Source of the DNA: Fibrobacterales bacterium | Lineage (GTDB): Bacteria > Fibrobacterota > Fibrobacteria > Fibrobacterales > JAOPTW01 | DNA: 22,531 nt | NCBI GenBank assembly: GCA_051532055.1 | Contig: JAOPTX010000039.1 | Span: 1-22,531 of the forward strand | Direction: 5' to 3' | Program-made: the position numbers and the translations under genes | Shown: in pieces, positions 19,118 to 22,531 of the stretch | Layout of the letters: every line of letters starts with the position of its first letter | Position numbering within the stretch: the first letter of the stretch is position 1 | The notes under the pieces: model-generated | Seen by the model: only the letters and a program-made list of their open reading frames with translations | Database searches by the model: none | What the model was told of the DNA's origin: nothing

Positions 19118-19219
19118 TATAGTGGCTCAACATATGAGGCAATCAAAACGGATATTTTAGTTAGGTCTTAATTATACTTACGCAGACATTTTGACCTCAA
19201 ATAAGGGGATGTGACTATA
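19118..19219. repeat. Dispersed repeat copy 1 (MITE-like or promoter/sRNA unit)
   Basis: 19118-19178 matches 22009-22069 at 60/61 nt, and similarity continues through gacattttgacct...aagggga...tgtgac. Copy 1 is bounded by TATAGT...ACTATA. Confidence 0.85.
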
Positions 19220-19432
19220 GATACTCCACCAACTAAGAAATATATTTACACCGTTCCCAATAGTATTTTTTTTTTGGATAGGTAAGGAAAATGGTCTGGT
19301 TTTTTTCTGTTCTATGAGAGGTATTTTGTTAAATAATCTGAAGATAATCGTTCCAAAAAAGAACTTTTTTGTGTGTACTGTACAGTGATAAATTAGGTAT
19401 TTTTTTCTTCATAACTACTTTAGGAGAATAGA

Positions 19433-20293
19433 ATGGATACATATGATTATGCAAAGAGCGTAGCATTAATGGGAATTTTATCAATGATTTTTGGGTGTTT
19501 GGATTCAAATACTGGGAGTTCTGGTATTTCTGATGAGAGTAGCAGTGTTATGTTAAGCTCTTCTAGTATTATATCTTATAGCTCTGACAACGATACTGAT
19601 TTGGCGGCTGAAAGTAGTTACCCTAACTCATCAGAAGACGAATCATCAAGTGAGATAGTCCATTCAGATGAAATATCAAGTAGTGAAACAGTCCCGGATA
19701 CTGAAAAGGAAAGTCAAGAGTCGATTGAAAGCCTGGAAAGCAGCGTAGAAGAAAACGATGAAAGTTCGGAGTCTTTGAGTTCCGAAGTGATAGTTACTTC
19801 ATCAGCTGATATGGGATCCGATGAAGTAACATTTACACAGTCAGTTGTGGATGACCTATTTATAACTGTTGGTTTTAAAGGGGTTGCGGGTGCTGACCAA
19901 GCACTAAAAGATTCATACAGTGGGGTGTTTGGTAGACTTGATAGCGATAACAATAATCTTATTACTCTGGAAGAGTACATTGCTTCACCTATGTTTGATG
20001 AAACGGCTGCTACAGGTATTTATAATGCAAGTGACCGAAATAAGGATGGCGGCATAACCGTAGAAGAGTATATTGAGAACAGAATTATTACTGATGAAGC
20101 AAAACTCATCTATGAAGCAAGTGATAATAATGCCGACGGTTCGTTAACACGCGAAGAGTGGGTGCAGAACAGTGGCTTAGATGAAAACATTGCTGAAGCT
20201 TCATTTACTGCCTTTGATAGTGATACAAGTGGCGATGTAACAACACCTGAATATTTGGTTATTTGGGGCGCATGGGCCAGAGGAGAACTATAA
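19433..20293 (+). CDS. EF-hand calcium-binding lipoprotein with Ser/Glu-rich linker
   Basis: RBS AGGAG, lipobox-like MIFGC, low-complexity SSS/E linker, four EF loops: DSDNNNLITLEE, DRNKDGGITVEE, DNNADGSLTREE, DSDTSGDVTTPE. Confidence 0.85.
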   Translation: MDTYDYAKSVALMGILSMIFGCLDSNTGSSGISDESSSVMLSSSSIISYSSDNDTDLAAESSYPNSSEDESSSEIVHSDEISSSETVPDTEKESQESIESLESSVEENDESSESLSSEVIVTSSADMGSDEVTFTQSVVDDLFITVGFKGVAGADQALKDSYSGVFGRLDSDNNNLITLEEYIASPMFDETAATGIYNASDRNKDGGITVEEYIENRIITDEAKLIYEASDNNADGSLTREEWVQNSGLDENIAEASFTAFDSDTSGDVTTPEYLVIWGAWARGEL

Positions 20294-20323
20294 ATTAAAG
20301 CCGCAGCAAAGATGTATGACTGA

Positions 20324-20381
20324 TTTATCTACTTCTTGAACACAATTCCTGTAATGGGTATATATTATAGAGGTAGATAAA
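20324..20381. promoter_or_regulatory. Inverted repeat flanking a putative promoter of the TIGR02147 gene
   Basis: tttatctacttct (20324-20336) and agaggtagataaa (20369-20381) are 12/13 complementary. TTGAAC at 20336 and TATATATTAT at 20359-20368 lie at or between the arms. Confidence 0.4.
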
Positions 20382-20413
20382 AGCATATTTTTTACCTATA
20401 AAAAAGGAAGTTC

Positions 20414-21235
20414 ATGGAAAGCATTTTCAACTATCTTGATTACCAGGAGTATCTAAAAGATATTTTTGAAATTATGCGCAAAAATGAGCCTGGCTTCACT
20501 TTAAAACTGGTTAATCACGAAATCAATGCAACATCGAGCGGGTTTATTTCAAATGTGATGGCGGGGAGAAAAAACCTGACCCATGCGCAGGTACCAAAGA
20601 TTAGTAAACTCCTTAAGCATACCAAAAATGAGAAACGCTATTTTGAAGCACTCGTCTATTTCACTCGCGCAAAAAATTCAGACGATAAAAAACACTACTT
20701 TAATACAATGGTCTCCTTGCAAAAGCTGAAGCTTAAGAAAATTGATACTCAATGCCTGAGCCTTTTTTCCGAGTGGTACTATGTATGCATACGTAATATT
20801 TTGAAAGTGTATAAGTTTAATGGGAACTATAAAGCATTGGCGAAAAAAGTCACCCCTACTATAACAGAGAGTGAGGCACGGAAATCTATCGAATTACTGT
20901 TAGAGCTCGGTTTTATTAAAAAAGGTGGACACCTTGGCTTCACTTTAGTTGACCCTGTAATAACTACAGGTGATGAGGTGAAGTCATTTTTTCTGAAACA
21001 GTACCATAAGGCAATGTTGAACAATGCGCAAGAAGCTCTTGATTCGATTTCTGCTAAAGAGCGTGATATGTCAGTTGTTTCACTAACGTTATCTGAGGAG
21101 ACCTATAAAAAGGTGAAGAGTGAGGTGCAACAATTAAGAAAAACTATAATGAAACTCACCGAAGAAGATAAAAAACCCGACAGAGTGTATACTTTGAATA
21201 TGCAACTCTTTCCTACTTCACAAAAACTACTATAA
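20414..21235 (+). CDS. TIGR02147 family protein (HTH + DUF4423)
   Basis: IFNYLDYQEYLKD, SSGFISNVMAGRKNLT, YFEALVYF, FSEWYYVCIR, ERDMSVVSL, VYTLNMQLFP are typical blocks of this Fibrobacter/Bdellovibrio-expanded family. Confidence 0.9.
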   Translation: MESIFNYLDYQEYLKDIFEIMRKNEPGFTLKLVNHEINATSSGFISNVMAGRKNLTHAQVPKISKLLKHTKNEKRYFEALVYFTRAKNSDDKKHYFNTMVSLQKLKLKKIDTQCLSLFSEWYYVCIRNILKVYKFNGNYKALAKKVTPTITESEARKSIELLLELGFIKKGGHLGFTLVDPVITTGDEVKSFFLKQYHKAMLNNAQEALDSISAKERDMSVVSLTLSEETYKKVKSEVQQLRKTIMKLTEEDKKPDRVYTLNMQLFPTSQKLL

Positions 21236-21954
21236 TGGATAAATACATGTATTTCTTCGCTTTTAAATATACTTGCATTTTGAGCCTCCTATGCTTAGTC
21301 TTCTCATGCTCGCTTAATCAAGATACTGCTGGTGGTGCAGCTACTGAAGCTGGGAATCCCGAACTTGCAGTCATTAGCGGTGTACTCCTTGATTCTGAAG
21401 GTAACCCAGCAGCGTATATGCCTTACATTATGCAACAAGATACCATTGCCCAGACAGCCCCTGTAGCCGCAAAATTCTCTGCCAAAGTTGCTTCAAATGG
21501 CATTGATACTATCAGTGATACCACAAATGCTGAAGGGGGATATACAATTCACAATGTACTTCCCGGTAAATACACACTACTCACAACTCCGAATTCAGGT
21601 GAATATAGTACATTGATTAGCTTTTCATTTGACGTCGAAAACAGTGTGGAACTCGATTCAGTGCAAGCAGCACCACCAGGAACGTTAAATATTCATTTTA
21701 CTTCAGATATACATGATGTTCAAATGGTAACTATTCGCATTTCTGCCCACGACTCAATCTACTCTCATTTTTATCGAGAAGCCAATGCTGATTTTTCGAT
21801 TGATCTTCCTAATGGCAACTACTTTATTAGAATTATTGTGCCGAATAAAAACAATATGGATCATCTGTTTATAAATAATACGCTCTCATTAAAGCCAAAT
21901 GAAATAATAGATTGGGATATTTCTATAGACAAACCTTATAATGTTGACGATTGA
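21235..21954 (+). CDS. Lipoprotein with carboxypeptidase-regulatory-like beta-sandwich domain
   Basis: Lipobox LVFSC, AGGAATEAGNP, ISGVLLDSEGNPA...TTNAEGGYTIHNVLPGKYTL. One-nt overlap (TAATG) with the TIGR02147 gene. Confidence 0.8.
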   Translation: MDKYMYFFAFKYTCILSLLCLVFSCSLNQDTAGGAATEAGNPELAVISGVLLDSEGNPAAYMPYIMQQDTIAQTAPVAAKFSAKVASNGIDTISDTTNAEGGYTIHNVLPGKYTLLTTPNSGEYSTLISFSFDVENSVELDSVQAAPPGTLNIHFTSDIHDVQMVTIRISAHDSIYSHFYREANADFSIDLPNGNYFIRIIVPNKNNMDHLFINNTLSLKPNEIIDWDISIDKPYNVDD

Positions 21955-22008
21955 AAGAGAAGTCTCTGTGTAATCCCTCTCGATCATATAAATAATTTGT
22001 AGGCCTCC

Positions 22009-22111
22009 TATAGTGGCTCAACATATGAGGCAATCAAAACGGAAATTTTAGTTAGGTCTTAATTATACTAAACGGACATTTTGACCTGTGACAAGGGGAA
22101 TACAATGTGAC
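22009..22111. repeat. Dispersed repeat copy 2
   Basis: Direct repeat of 19118-19215 with a diverged right part. Confidence 0.85.
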
Positions 22112-22112
22112 C

Positions 22113-22391
22113 CTAATAGTATTCATACTTTGTGATGAAAAGAGATTCAAATGTACCATTTGATAGATTCATTTCATAATTTCTATTACCCAGCACATCT
22201 CTCTTGTATCTTGATTCATCTTTATCATTTCCATTACTGCTATGTACGACCTCATAACCAAGTTCTCCATAATACGTATATAGCCTAGTATCAGTAGAGT
22301 ATAGTGGCTGAACACATGAGACAACCACAACGAGTTTTGTAATGAGGCTTAGGCAATTATGAAATGATAGTGTACCTAAGATGAATACCAA
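22113..22391 (-). pseudogene. Possible gene fragment (Tyr-rich, YD/RHS-like C-terminus)
   Basis: 92-aa ORF with a non-ATG start. LYTYYGELG...YKRDVLGNR...TKYEYY is reminiscent of YD-like repeats. It contains a partial copy of the dispersed repeat at 22300-22320. Confidence 0.25.
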
Positions 22392-22531
22392 TTTCTAGAT
22401 GGCATCTATGCATCAAATTGTTCTCACTATAATGCACAACAGGCTGCTCATTTATTTGGTAAATTATACTCATGAAAACAACTGATACACATTTGATACA
22501 ATGGCTCGCTACAATAATTATTGTAACGAGC

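Noticed and set aside
18344..19146. Short ORFs 18344..18610, 18636..18998, 18716..18970, 18846..19037 and 18934..19146 as genes
   Set aside because: They overlap one another, are largely explained by the repeat array, and show no clear RBS or family motifs.

Overview
AT-rich bacterial window, probably Fibrobacterota (TIGR02147 gene followed by a 'GGxxTExGN' lipoprotein, plus a Ser-rich lipoprotein). Bases 1-16.4 kb form a co-oriented minus-strand anti-phage defence island. In transcription order: a small secreted His/Cys-rich protein; an Hhe-type DUF4011-SF1 helicase-nuclease; an NdpA/YejK-like protein coupled to a membrane protein; a three-gene operon ending in an Abi-type Ser/Thr kinase; a HEPN-motif protein; a complete DRT3 system (two overlapping reverse transcriptases Drt3a/Drt3b plus a downstream ~147-nt structured ncRNA carrying an ACACAC tract); and a PLD-nuclease/DEAH-helicase (DUF3427 type) that runs off the left edge. 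Bases 17-22.5 kb hold plus-strand genes (GT2 glycosyltransferase, EF-hand lipoprotein, TIGR02147 protein, lipoprotein), a 21/42-nt tandem repeat array and an unexplained ~80-100-bp element present twice, with a third partial copy. The strongest signal is the DRT3 ncRNA. The best candidates for undescribed systems are the NdpA+membrane pair and the kinase operon. All family calls come from motif recognition by eye; no searches were run.
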